Assembly: GCA_052279835.1 (NCBI GenBank)
Contig: CP181291.1
Location: 1,888,001-1,952,000 of the forward strand
Source: Microcoleus sp.
GTDB taxonomy: Bacteria; Cyanobacteriota; Cyanobacteriia; Cyanobacteriales; Microcoleaceae
DNA length: 64,000 nt
Reading direction: 5' to 3'
In this document: positions 54,579 through 63,503 of the stretch, one piece after another
Layout: every line of letters begins with the position of its first letter
How positions within the stretch are numbered: the stretch's first letter is position 1
The notes under the pieces: generated by a model
What the model saw: only the letters and a program-made list of their open reading frames with translations
Told to the model about the DNA's origin: nothing
Databases searched by the model: none
Made by a program: the position numbers and the translations under genes

Positions 54579-55085
54579 ATGCGTCTTCAGAACATCAAAT
54601 TATTGACCAGTGCCACCCTGTCGGTGGTAGTTTCAGCATTATCAGTGCATCCAGCGATGGCTAACCCTGCAACTCTCATCGCCCAAACCCAGAGCACCAC
54701 AACAACCACCACAGAAAGCATCACAGGTATTGTCAAAAGTATTGTCGGCGACATCATCACCATTCGCCCCGAAAATGAGCGATACAGGACTCTGAGGATT
54801 CAAAAATGCGTCCTGAAAATTACCGGCCTCGTACCAGGAATGAAAGTCAAAGCCATGTTCCGAGGCTCTCAGGTAGAAAATATCATGGTCCTCTCCAAGT
54901 ATAAAGTGATAGCTTCACCAGTTGCTACCACCACCACTCCCCGCGTAGAAGCGCCACCGGCTCCAGAACCAGCCCCAATTCTACCAGCTCGTCCCGCTCC
55001 CCGCGTCCAACCCGCAACACCTCCTCGTCCACTACCCCCTCCAGCTCCCCGTCCAGCCCCACGTCCCGTGAGAGGACTTTGGTAG
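54579..55085 (+). CDS. Secreted Thr/Pro-rich protein ending in PVRGLW
   Basis: Signal peptide (PAMA|N), small beta-rich domain, Pro-rich tail; terminator-like hairpin at 55108-55140. Confidence 0.8.
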   Translation: MRLQNIKLLTSATLSVVVSALSVHPAMANPATLIAQTQSTTTTTTESITGIVKSIVGDIITIRPENERYRTLRIQKCVLKITGLVPGMKVKAMFRGSQVENIMVLSKYKVIASPVATTTTPRVEAPPAPEPAPILPARPAPRVQPATPPRPLPPPAPRPAPRPVRGLW

Positions 55086-55182
55086 ACTTATCTTTGTAGA
55101 TAGAATTAAGCCACCACCCTAAACGGTGGCTTCGCTTTTTCCTAGGAATTGGCATCTGGCTTCTAGGGCAGCCGAAGTGTGA

Positions 55183-55286
55183 TATCAATTCCGGTTGTAT
55201 GGGAATGATTTAACCGCGAAGGCGCTAAGGACGCGAAGGAAGAGAAGAGAGAGTTTAATACAGGGCGATGAAGAGAGGATTTTATA
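55183..55286. mobile_element. MITE (TATCAA.TCCG.TTG family) with TGA duplication
   Basis: TGA|TATCAATTCCGGTTG ... GAGGATTTTATA|TGA. Confidence 0.75.
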
Positions 55287-55388
55287 TGAAAACCATCACC
55301 AGCTCAAGCTCATGTCTAAAGGCAGGGGTTTTGCTGTGGTTCTTCAGTGATAATAGGATTTTCGAGCATTGATTGAGAAATTGCTGCT

Positions 55389-56729
55389 ATGTATAATCTG
55401 CGTTTCTTACTGTTAATTTTACTGCTCCCGGTGGTGGCGTGCTCACCAGCTACAGATGCTCAAGCTCCTAGGATTTTGGCCACCACCCCCCTGTCCCAAA
55501 TTCCCTCGCAAGCAAACACCAATTCTGCAACCAGTCAGAGCATACCCACCAAGGTACTATCACCACAACCCATCCGCATCAGCCCTGGAAACTTACCTCA
55601 GCCTTTTGCTACCGACAGCGCCTCCAAACCCCCTCAAGTCATACCCCCACCCCCATCGCCAGTGCTGCGAGTCCCTGCGGGCTTTGTAGTCAACGTTTTT
55701 GCAGAAAACCTGGATGCTCCCCGATGGCTAGCCTTGACACCCACAGGCGATGTTTTAGTCACCGAAACGCGACAGAATCGGATTACCCTGCTCCGGGATA
55801 CCAACGGCGACGGAGTTGCGGAAGTTAACCAGACTTTTGCTCAGGCAGAAAATGGGCTAAACATTCCCTTTGGGATGGCCTTTGGTCAAGGCTATTTCTT
55901 CCTAGGAAATACGGCAGAAGTTCGCAGATTTCCTTATAAAACCGGACAACAAAAACTCACGGGAACAGGTCAAAAAATAGCCGATTTACCTGGTGGTGGC
56001 TACAACCAACATTGGACGCGGAATGTTGTGATGTCGCCGGATGGTAAGAAACTTTATGTATCAGTTGGTTCCCAGTCAAATGCCGATACTGAACCCCTAC
56101 CAAGGGCATCTGTACAGGTGATGAATTTGGATGGAAAAAATCAGCAAACTTTTGCCTCTGGCTTACGCAATCCCGTAGGATTAGATTTTCACCCTTCCAG
56201 CGGGCAACTTTACGCCACAGTCAACGAACGCGACGGTTTGGGAGATGATTTGGTGCCAGATTACTTGACCAGAATTCGTCAAGACCAGTTTTACGGCTGG
56301 CCCTTTGCTTATTTTAAGCCGAATCTGCTCGACCCGCGCCACGTCAAAAATGGCCGCAGCGAGCGACCAGATTTAGTGGCGAAAACACTGACACCAGATG
56401 TACTATTTCAAGCACATTCAGCCGCTTTAGGACTGCAATTTTATGACGGCAAAACCTTTCCCAAAAAGTACCGGAATGGAGCATTTGTCGCATTTCGTGG
56501 CAGTTGGAACCGCAACGCTGGAACGGGTTACAAAATCGTGTTTGTACCTTTCAATGCCAATTTCCGTCCCGAAGGTTATTATGAAGATTTTCTGACAGGT
56601 TTTCTCACCGAGCCGTCAGTACCGAAAACCTGGGGACGCCCCGTTGGTTTGCTAGTATTGCCTGATGGGAGTTTGCTGTTTACTGAGGAGGCAAATAACC
56701 GGATTTATCGCATTCAGTATCGCGGGTAA
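55389..56729 (+). CDS. Sorbosone/PQQ-dependent sugar dehydrogenase family lipoprotein
   Basis: Lipobox VVAC; H.TR, GLRNPVG, NERD.LGDDLVPDY, YGWP, HSA.LG and GSWNR motifs. Confidence 0.9.
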   Translation: MYNLRFLLLILLLPVVACSPATDAQAPRILATTPLSQIPSQANTNSATSQSIPTKVLSPQPIRISPGNLPQPFATDSASKPPQVIPPPPSPVLRVPAGFVVNVFAENLDAPRWLALTPTGDVLVTETRQNRITLLRDTNGDGVAEVNQTFAQAENGLNIPFGMAFGQGYFFLGNTAEVRRFPYKTGQQKLTGTGQKIADLPGGGYNQHWTRNVVMSPDGKKLYVSVGSQSNADTEPLPRASVQVMNLDGKNQQTFASGLRNPVGLDFHPSSGQLYATVNERDGLGDDLVPDYLTRIRQDQFYGWPFAYFKPNLLDPRHVKNGRSERPDLVAKTLTPDVLFQAHSAALGLQFYDGKTFPKKYRNGAFVAFRGSWNRNAGTGYKIVFVPFNANFRPEGYYEDFLTGFLTEPSVPKTWGRPVGLLVLPDGSLLFTEEANNRIYRIQYRG

Positions 56730-56912
56730 TATAAAATCCTCTCTTCCGGGGAATTATGAAACTCTCTCTTCTCTTCCTTCGCGTCCTTAGCGCCTTCGCG
56801 GTTAAATCATATCAAATCCCGTAGCATCTGAATTATTCAGACCTCTATTCTCTCCCTCTGTGTCCTCTGTGTTCTCTGTGGTTAAATCATTCCAATACAA
56901 CCGTCAACAATA
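56730..56912. mobile_element. Compound MITE (two fused family members) inserted at the upstream gene's TAA stop
   Basis: TAA|TATAAAATCCTC ... CAACCGTCAACAATA|TAA, with an internal second left end TATCAAATCC at about 56810. Confidence 0.72.
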
Positions 56913-56942
56913 TAACGAGATAATCTGCGGTCAAAAAATTCC

Positions 56943-58007
56943 CTACAAAATCGAACTCAACACAATTTCATTAGCAACAATCCATTCATAAATATCTTGC
57001 AAAGCAGCTTCGGGGCTAATCCTAGGTTGCCATCCAGTGCGTTCCATCACCCTAGAAGAATCAGTAATAAAAATGGGAATATCCCCCGCTCTTTCCTCCA
57101 AAACAGGATGAATGGGAATGGATTTTCCCGTAATTTTTTGGCACAAATCTGTTGTTTCAATTAAAGAAAGACTGTGGCTGCAACCACCTCCGACATTAAA
57201 CACTTCACCGTCAAATTCAGCAAAATTTTCTAACTGATAATTAACTAACCGCAACAAGTCTTCAACGTGTAGTAAATCCCTAACTTGTTTGCCACTGCCA
57301 CCGAAACCGATATAATTGAGTGACTTTTGAAAATAGTGGGCAGCTACCCACAAACCGCACACTCCCTGATCTACTTTGCCCATTTGCCAAGCACCAGTAA
57401 TTAACCCGCAGCGGTTAATAATTGCTGGTACATTGTAAGCTGCTCTGTATTCTTCAATCAGCAATTCTGAGGCTAATTTAGTTGCTCCGTAAAGGGAGCG
57501 ATTTCCTTTGAGAGGGAAGTCTTCAGAAATGCCTAATTCGGATATTCCAGGTATGGTTTGATTTGGGGCGATCGCAAATCTGGACTCCGACTCCCATAAT
57601 TTGATAGACTTGACAGTGGCGATCGGGTAAACTCGACTCGTAGACAAAAACAATAAACTCGCACCCGTTTGTCTCGCCAACTCCAAAATATTCACAGTAC
57701 CCAGTAAATTCGTCTGCAAAACATACTGAGGCGAACTAAAACCCGCCAGCACCGAAGGTTCCGCAGCACAATCGATAATGCAGTCTACATTCAGCGCCAC
57801 CGGATCTAAATCACCGGCACACCGAATATCCCCATACACAAACTCAATCCCGGAACTTTTCAGCCGAGGTAAATTCAATTCCGAACCCCGGCGGCGCAGG
57901 TTATCTAAACAAATTATCTGCCATTCCGGGTGCAGTTTCTTGATGCCAATCGCCAAGCAACTGCCGATGAAACCAGCACCACCAACAATCAAAATTCTTT
58001 CAACCAT
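56943..58007 (-). CDS. NAD-dependent epimerase (CDP-paratose 2-epimerase/RfbE-like)
   Basis: GGAGFIG, DNL.RRGSE.N, YGATK, Q.G..DQG and G.G.QVRD.LH motifs. Confidence 0.85.
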   Translation of the reverse strand: MVERILIVGGAGFIGSCLAIGIKKLHPEWQIICLDNLRRRGSELNLPRLKSSGIEFVYGDIRCAGDLDPVALNVDCIIDCAAEPSVLAGFSSPQYVLQTNLLGTVNILELARQTGASLLFLSTSRVYPIATVKSIKLWESESRFAIAPNQTIPGISELGISEDFPLKGNRSLYGATKLASELLIEEYRAAYNVPAIINRCGLITGAWQMGKVDQGVCGLWVAAHYFQKSLNYIGFGGSGKQVRDLLHVEDLLRLVNYQLENFAEFDGEVFNVGGGCSHSLSLIETTDLCQKITGKSIPIHPVLEERAGDIPIFITDSSRVMERTGWQPRISPEAALQDIYEWIVANEIVLSSIL

Positions 58008-58012
58008 GCGCT

Positions 58013-58783
58013 TTACAAAATTTCGTTGGTAGTCAGGACTTTAGTCCTTAATTCACTACGGTGATAGTCACCACGAGAAAGATGTTTTTCTAGCCAGACA
58101 TAGAGTACAATAAATAAATACCGACTGCCCATTTCTTTAATCTTCAGCTTGGAAATACCGGCAGTCCGATTGTACCATCTTAGAGGAATTACATCATAGG
58201 AAAAACCCCTCACAATTGCTTTGAGGGGAAGTTCTACAGTTAAATTGAAGTGATGGCTCAAAATCGGCTGTACTCCCTCAATCACTTCTTTGCGGTAAAT
58301 CTTAAAAGCATTGGTGACATCGTTGTAGCGTAAGCCGAAAATAGTTTTGACAAACCAATTTGCTAAGCGGTTAATGGCTAGTTTGTGAATTGGATAGTCT
58401 ACCACAAAGCCGCCTTTGATGAATCGGGAACCAAAAACGCAGTCATATCCCGCTTGTAATTGGCGATATCCTGCTACTAAATCCCTCGGATCGTCGGAAG
58501 CATCCGCCATCACAATGGCGACAGCATCGCCCTCAAATTCCGCCAATCCCCGCCGCACGGCAAATCCGAAACCGTTGGGTGGTTGATTGTTGATGTATCT
58601 AACTGTGGGAAAAGTCTCTGATAATTCTTGGCAAATATTCAGGGTGCGATCGACACTATTGTCATTCACAATCAGAATTTCGTGCTCAATGGCTTCTAAA
58701 TCGAGCGTATGGGCGATCGCCCGCACAGTAGCTTCTAAACAGCCCTCCTCGTTGTGAGCTGGTATAATCACAGAAATTTTCAC
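58013..58783 (-). CDS. GT2 polyprenol-phosphate glycosyltransferase (DPM1-like)
   Basis: IPAHNEE, VND.S.D.T, MAD.SD, FGSRF, D.TN.FK and R..G.SK motifs. Confidence 0.88.
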   Translation of the reverse strand: MKISVIIPAHNEEGCLEATVRAIAHTLDLEAIEHEILIVNDNSVDRTLNICQELSETFPTVRYINNQPPNGFGFAVRRGLAEFEGDAVAIVMADASDDPRDLVAGYRQLQAGYDCVFGSRFIKGGFVVDYPIHKLAINRLANWFVKTIFGLRYNDVTNAFKIYRKEVIEGVQPILSHHFNLTVELPLKAIVRGFSYDVIPLRWYNRTAGISKLKIKEMGSRYLFIVLYVWLEKHLSRGDYHRSELRTKVLTTNEIL

Positions 58784-60513
58784 TCCTCATCCTCCACTGT
58801 TACCCTAGCGCCACCGCGCAACTTGACAAATTGGTTGTCCACAGGATTATACACCCAAGCTTTGATTTCCGTTTGGGCGATCGGCAAATTATCACCCGAC
58901 AACTCAACCGCCCATCTAGCATTCCTGTAAACCTGAGACTTCAACGTCTGAGCAATGTCGGGACTGTCTAAGTTGACATAAGCATTAGCAAAAAAAGATT
59001 GTTTATCCCCGACCGATAACAGGATAATATTAGGCTGTGGCAAATCTTCTGGTAACACAGCCCATCCCGTAGCTTTCATAGCAGTATTTTGGTTAATTGT
59101 CAAGGAGCGATCGCCGCTTTGCAGTTGGTCAAAATAGCCGTAAACTTTCTCAGAATTAGCCACAAATTCTACATTTTTAGCAGAACTTCGCCAACCTATT
59201 TTATCAAGAACTAACGCCCCTTCTCTAACCAACCAAGTTTTCTTGCTCAGCACCCTCAAACAACTTTCCGGTGAATTTTGGAAAAAATCCGACGGTTCCA
59301 GATAATTAATCAACTCCAAACAATCTTTGCCACCTTGTTTGTAAGCAAATGCAGCTTGAGACTGAGCCACCGCCTGTCCGGAATTAACAATAATTATCCC
59401 AATTAGCAACCCGCATAACACCTGATAAACAAGTGTATATCGGCGATTCAAGCTAGCAATACTACCTCGCACAAATAATTGCCCAAGCTGAACCAAAGCA
59501 ACTAGCAACAAAATCGAATTCGTCGTATATCGCGACGATTCCAGCGCCTGAACTGCCCCAAATTGCGCCCTACCCACCGTAATAAACAGAGCCGAAATAA
59601 CCGAAAACAAACCTAGGGACAACCAAGGTACTGAGTCATGATGCTGTCTCATATTTTTGGCAAAATAGCATCCCAAAAATAAGAAGCTTGCCAATATTAT
59701 CAATCCCACCAATGCGGAAATACCAGACAAACGAACAATTGGCGAACCCAACAAACTCAAAAAATAATCAATTACCACAAGGGGCTGATGCAGTAACGCA
59801 AAAATATTTGTTTTCCGACTAGGATGATAATCAATTGAGTAAATACCACAAGTTGCCACAAACAGCAACATCCAGACAATAAGTCTTTTTCTTTTCTGTG
59901 CCACATTTCCTTCTAAAGCCATCACCGCCGGAATTGCAGCCAACCAAGAAAGCAAACCTTGAGCCAGAGAAAAACTAGCAATAAAGCAGAATAAAGCAGC
60001 AAGGGATATTTGAATACTAGCCGATATTTTTTTGGGTAAAATCAGACAATAAACCGCAGCGACGAAACAAAAATTGACTAAAAACCAAGCGAGTTGAAAT
60101 CCCCACAGCCAGTTTTCATGCTGAACCAGGGAACAGACCAAAATACAAGTTAAAATATTAGCTAAATGCCAGAAGTTATCGCCGCCATTCTGAAGCTGTA
60201 TGGCTGATAACTTGTAAATAGCCACAAAAGTTAGGATAGCCAAACCAATACTGAGACACAGCGGATAATTAATATTCCATCGGGACAAAAAAGCCAGCAT
60301 AGCCATCATGATTTTGGGGAACACTATCCGGTGATTGCTGTGCAAAGCCCAAACATCATTAAAAGTTACATTTCCCCCAGCTATTTTTGCAAAAAAACTA
60401 GCCAACCTCCACTCGTCATCAATGGGAACGTTAACGCTAAAATTCGCAACAAATCCGATTAATAAAAGGACGGGAGTGAAATATAAAGTAAATAACCAGA
60501 GGATTTTTTTCAT
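58780..60513 (-). CDS. Multi-pass membrane protein, probable GT-C glycosyltransferase
   Basis: N-terminal TM followed by acidic loop PIDDEW, H..HR motif, about 10 TM helices, SRY motif and a soluble C-terminal domain; stop overlaps the GT2 start. Confidence 0.7.
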   Translation of the reverse strand: MKKILWLFTLYFTPVLLLIGFVANFSVNVPIDDEWRLASFFAKIAGGNVTFNDVWALHSNHRIVFPKIMMAMLAFLSRWNINYPLCLSIGLAILTFVAIYKLSAIQLQNGGDNFWHLANILTCILVCSLVQHENWLWGFQLAWFLVNFCFVAAVYCLILPKKISASIQISLAALFCFIASFSLAQGLLSWLAAIPAVMALEGNVAQKRKRLIVWMLLFVATCGIYSIDYHPSRKTNIFALLHQPLVVIDYFLSLLGSPIVRLSGISALVGLIILASFLFLGCYFAKNMRQHHDSVPWLSLGLFSVISALFITVGRAQFGAVQALESSRYTTNSILLLVALVQLGQLFVRGSIASLNRRYTLVYQVLCGLLIGIIIVNSGQAVAQSQAAFAYKQGGKDCLELINYLEPSDFFQNSPESCLRVLSKKTWLVREGALVLDKIGWRSSAKNVEFVANSEKVYGYFDQLQSGDRSLTINQNTAMKATGWAVLPEDLPQPNIILLSVGDKQSFFANAYVNLDSPDIAQTLKSQVYRNARWAVELSGDNLPIAQTEIKAWVYNPVDNQFVKLRGGARVTVEDEE

Positions 60514-60544
60514 CAACGTGCGATGGATTCCATACACCATTCTA

Positions 60545-60617
60545 TATCATTTGCGGTTGCAGAATCAGGTGGAAGATTAACAGTCAACATCACCTGACGG
60601 TGCAACCGAAATTGATA
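60545..60617. mobile_element. MITE (TATCA.TT.CGGTTG family)
   Basis: TATCATTTGCGGTTGCA ... TGCAACCGAAATTGATA, flanked by TTCTA on both sides. Confidence 0.72.
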
Positions 60618-60675
60618 TTCTACCGTCAGGGCTATGCCAAAACCCTATTTTCCTGATTTTCAAGAGAATGAGCAA

Positions 60676-60778
60676 TATAGCAATCCTAAATCATTTGTGA
60701 ATTTCTTACTCCCTCCCCTTCATAAGGTCCGGGTTGGGGTGGGGTAAAAAACTTTACGACTCATTTAGGACTGCTATA
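60676..60778. mobile_element. TA-flanked MITE (IS630/Tc1-like signature) inserted in the PP2C 3' end
   Basis: TATAGCAATCCTAAAT ... ATTTAGGACTGCTATA terminal inverted repeats. Confidence 0.82.
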
Positions 60779-61554
60779 GCAATAACCGTGATATTATCAT
60801 TACCACCATGTTCCAAAGCTTTGTTCACACATTCTTCAGTTAGCCTTTCCGGGGACTCTCCAAACTCCTCCACCAAACTTCTCAATTCTTGATTATTAAC
60901 CTCTCCATTCAATCCATCACTACACAACAACAACACATCACCCGCAGACCATTTTCGCACCACCGGTAACTCTGCACTATCCCATTTTGGATCGACCGAA
61001 AATTGACTGTTTTCCTTCCCTCCCAAACAAGAGTTTACCACAGAACGCATCGGATGAGTTGGAATATCTTCCTCCGTAATTCGCCCCAAGTCTAACAATA
61101 CCTGCACCACAGAATGATCCGCTGTAATGTAGGGTTTAGTTCCTGGGGTGAAATGATACAGACGACAGTCCCCAGCATAGAGATGCAGGTATTCTGTCGG
61201 AGATATAATCGCCGCTACTATAGTTGTCCCCATCCCAAATAATTTAATCTTTTCACAAGCAGCTTCTTGGATGGCTTCGTGAGCATCGTAGAAACAGTCT
61301 AGCAGAAGATTGTGTTGCTCTTCCTGCGTCTCAGGTAAAGGTTTTTCTAGCAATTTTCCAAAGGTATCTATCGCAATTTTCGATGCTATTTCTCCTCCCC
61401 TGTGTCCCCCCATACCGTCGGCGACTACAGCCAGCATAGTTGATGTTCCCGGCCACATTTCTCCTAGATAATTGTCTTCATTGTTGGGGCGAACTTTGCC
61501 GGGGTCAGTTTTGCTAGCAAACACTAATTCTGACTGTTTTAGTAAATTATCCAT
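60754..61554 (-). CDS. PP2C/PPM-family Ser/Thr protein phosphatase
   Basis: R..NED, VADGMGG..GG..AS, GMGTT, GD.R.Y, T.DHS, LCSDGL and GG.DNIT motifs. Confidence 0.95.
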   Translation of the reverse strand: MDNLLKQSELVFASKTDPGKVRPNNEDNYLGEMWPGTSTMLAVVADGMGGHRGGEIASKIAIDTFGKLLEKPLPETQEEQHNLLLDCFYDAHEAIQEAACEKIKLFGMGTTIVAAIISPTEYLHLYAGDCRLYHFTPGTKPYITADHSVVQVLLDLGRITEEDIPTHPMRSVVNSCLGGKENSQFSVDPKWDSAELPVVRKWSAGDVLLLCSDGLNGEVNNQELRSLVEEFGESPERLTEECVNKALEHGGNDNITVIAIAVLNES

Positions 61555-61948
61555 CAGCTATTACCTCTAGTTCAATATTGCCAAGTTTGATGATATCGCC
61601 AGTTTTCAGAATCTCAGGATTTGAGGGCTGTCTCGGTGCTGTTGACACCAGTTTCTTGTCATTGACAAAAGTACCGTTGGTGCTATCTAAATCGATGATT
61701 TGTAGTTTACCTTCCACCCATTCAATCACCGCATGGCGGCGAGAGATGCCAGATTTGTTGTCGATTTTGCATTCACTTAAATCGATATCTGCTATGCTCA
61801 TGGGAGCGTCGCTGCGACCGATGATGGCTCGTATTTGATTCAGGGGAAACTTCTGGTTTGCACCACTACCGTTGCGTACCAATAGTTTAGCGTTATCTGG
61901 TGTCAGTCGTCCTTGATAAATTGGATCGGACCCAAAGCCATTACTCAT
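61547..61948 (-). CDS. Stand-alone FHA-domain protein
   Basis: IGR, ISRRHA, DL.STNGT.VN and L..GD.I.LG motifs. Confidence 0.93.
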   Translation of the reverse strand: MSNGFGSDPIYQGRLTPDNAKLLVRNGSGANQKFPLNQIRAIIGRSDAPMSIADIDLSECKIDNKSGISRRHAVIEWVEGKLQIIDLDSTNGTFVNDKKLVSTAPRQPSNPEILKTGDIIKLGNIELEVIADG

Positions 61949-63186
61949 TTTGTACCTCCTAATTCTCGTGAATCTCTGAGTAATTTCGTGGTTCTATTGG
62001 CATCTAATTTGCCACTTTTTTCCAATTCTTCTAGTTGCTTATCTAGTTGATTTACTATATCAGTTTGTCCGGCTTCCTCGGCATTATATCTGGCTTCTTC
62101 TAGTTGTTCTTTTTGCTCGTTAGGGTCGCTGGTGCGAGTCACTTCGTTGATTTTGAGGTTAATCATCCAGCAGCAATAATCTTTCTTGATTTCCTCATTT
62201 ACTTTGTTTTGTTTTTGCGCTTCACGATGACTTGTGGTATAATTAATAGCAGCTTTGGCTCTGACTGGATTAGTGATTCCCTTAGCTGTGAGTTCCACAG
62301 AAATTACGTCTTTGTTACCTGTGGGTTGACCAAATTCGGCTTTGGGAATTTGGAGTTGGATTAATAAATCTGTGGGGGAATTCGCGGCGATCGCACCAAT
62401 GGTTAATTGATTTTTCGCGGTTTCTTCTAGGGGTAAATATTCGGGGCGGTAACGACAAAAGCCTTTGACTGTCACTCCGCTGCTAGGTATTAGCTGGATG
62501 ACGGTGTTTTCGGTAGCCATCGCCTGACATTCGCTTAGTCTTTTTTGGAGTTGGGGTTGCAGGCTGGTTGGGGTATCGGCAAAGATAAATGAACCTCGCC
62601 CTTTGTCGCTTAAATCTGTCAGGAATGCTGTATTGAAATTGTTGGCATTTCCTAATCCCACGGTGTTGAGAATTATGCCTTGGTTGGCTAGTTGTTGGGA
62701 GCGATCGATCAAAACCCCCGTATCATCTAAAATAACTCCTTGGGGTGTGGTAGCATGGCCGTCGGTAATCAAGATTCCCACCCGCGCGACTCCGGCTTCT
62801 GGGGGTAGGGCGTTTAGTATCCAATCTAAGGCTAAACCGGTGAGGGTAACGCCTCCTGCTGTCAGTCGGGAAATGGCGGTATTGGCGGGGGCAAGGGCGG
62901 CGGCACCACCGGGTAAAGATTGCAGCAATGGTGTTACACTGGTGGAGAATCCGGCTAAGGAAAGGCGATCGGCATCGCGCAATTGAGCAACAACAGCGCG
63001 GCAAGCTTCCTTAGCCCGTTGCAGATTTTCTCCTTCCATGGAACCGCTGGTATCGAGGGCGATGGCGATTCGCAAAGGTAAACCGGGGCCACCGGATTGG
63101 GGACGTATTCGGACTCGCAAGATGTGTGTTGTATCTTGGGCTGTCATTTTGGCTGGAATATCCCAGTCAAGTTCTAGGTTGAACAT
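61945..63186 (-). CDS. von Willebrand factor A (vWA) domain protein
   Basis: MIDAS motif DTSGSM, GGVT and LITDG; C-terminal Ig-like plus helical region. Confidence 0.92.
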   Translation of the reverse strand: MFNLELDWDIPAKMTAQDTTHILRVRIRPQSGGPGLPLRIAIALDTSGSMEGENLQRAKEACRAVVAQLRDADRLSLAGFSTSVTPLLQSLPGGAAALAPANTAISRLTAGGVTLTGLALDWILNALPPEAGVARVGILITDGHATTPQGVILDDTGVLIDRSQQLANQGIILNTVGLGNANNFNTAFLTDLSDKGRGSFIFADTPTSLQPQLQKRLSECQAMATENTVIQLIPSSGVTVKGFCRYRPEYLPLEETAKNQLTIGAIAANSPTDLLIQLQIPKAEFGQPTGNKDVISVELTAKGITNPVRAKAAINYTTSHREAQKQNKVNEEIKKDYCCWMINLKINEVTRTSDPNEQKEQLEEARYNAEEAGQTDIVNQLDKQLEELEKSGKLDANRTTKLLRDSRELGGTK

Positions 63187-63290
63187 CGTGTGATTTTTTT
63201 AGTCGAAATTGTATCTGGCTTGTTTGTTATTTTACATGAATATTATATTTCCGAACAGTTAGAAAAATTCAACTGCAAATTTCAATATTC

Positions 63291-63454
63291 GTAGGGGCGG
63301 GTTTACCGACAATATATAATAATAATCAACAATCTAAATAAACCCGCCCCCGCCCCACCGTAAATATTAATGTATATAGAAATTGTTGGTGGGGTTGGGC
63401 GGGTTTATGAAATTGTGGGTTTTCTATCTAGATTATTGGTGAACCCGCCCCTAC
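63291..63454. repeat. GTAG-type REP doublet with nested palindromes
   Basis: GTAGGGGCGGGTTTACC ... GGTGAACCCGCCCCTAC outer arms; inner AAACCCGCCC/GGGCGGGTTT and CCCCACC/GGTGGGG pairs. Confidence 0.85.
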
Positions 63455-63503
63455 AAGATCACTGGATTTTGTTCATCCAACAATCCGGTTTCTAGATTGA
63501 CTT

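Noticed and set aside
55183..56912. Single composite transposon carrying the dehydrogenase
   Set aside because: The outer flanks differ (TGA versus TAA) and each MITE has its own duplication.
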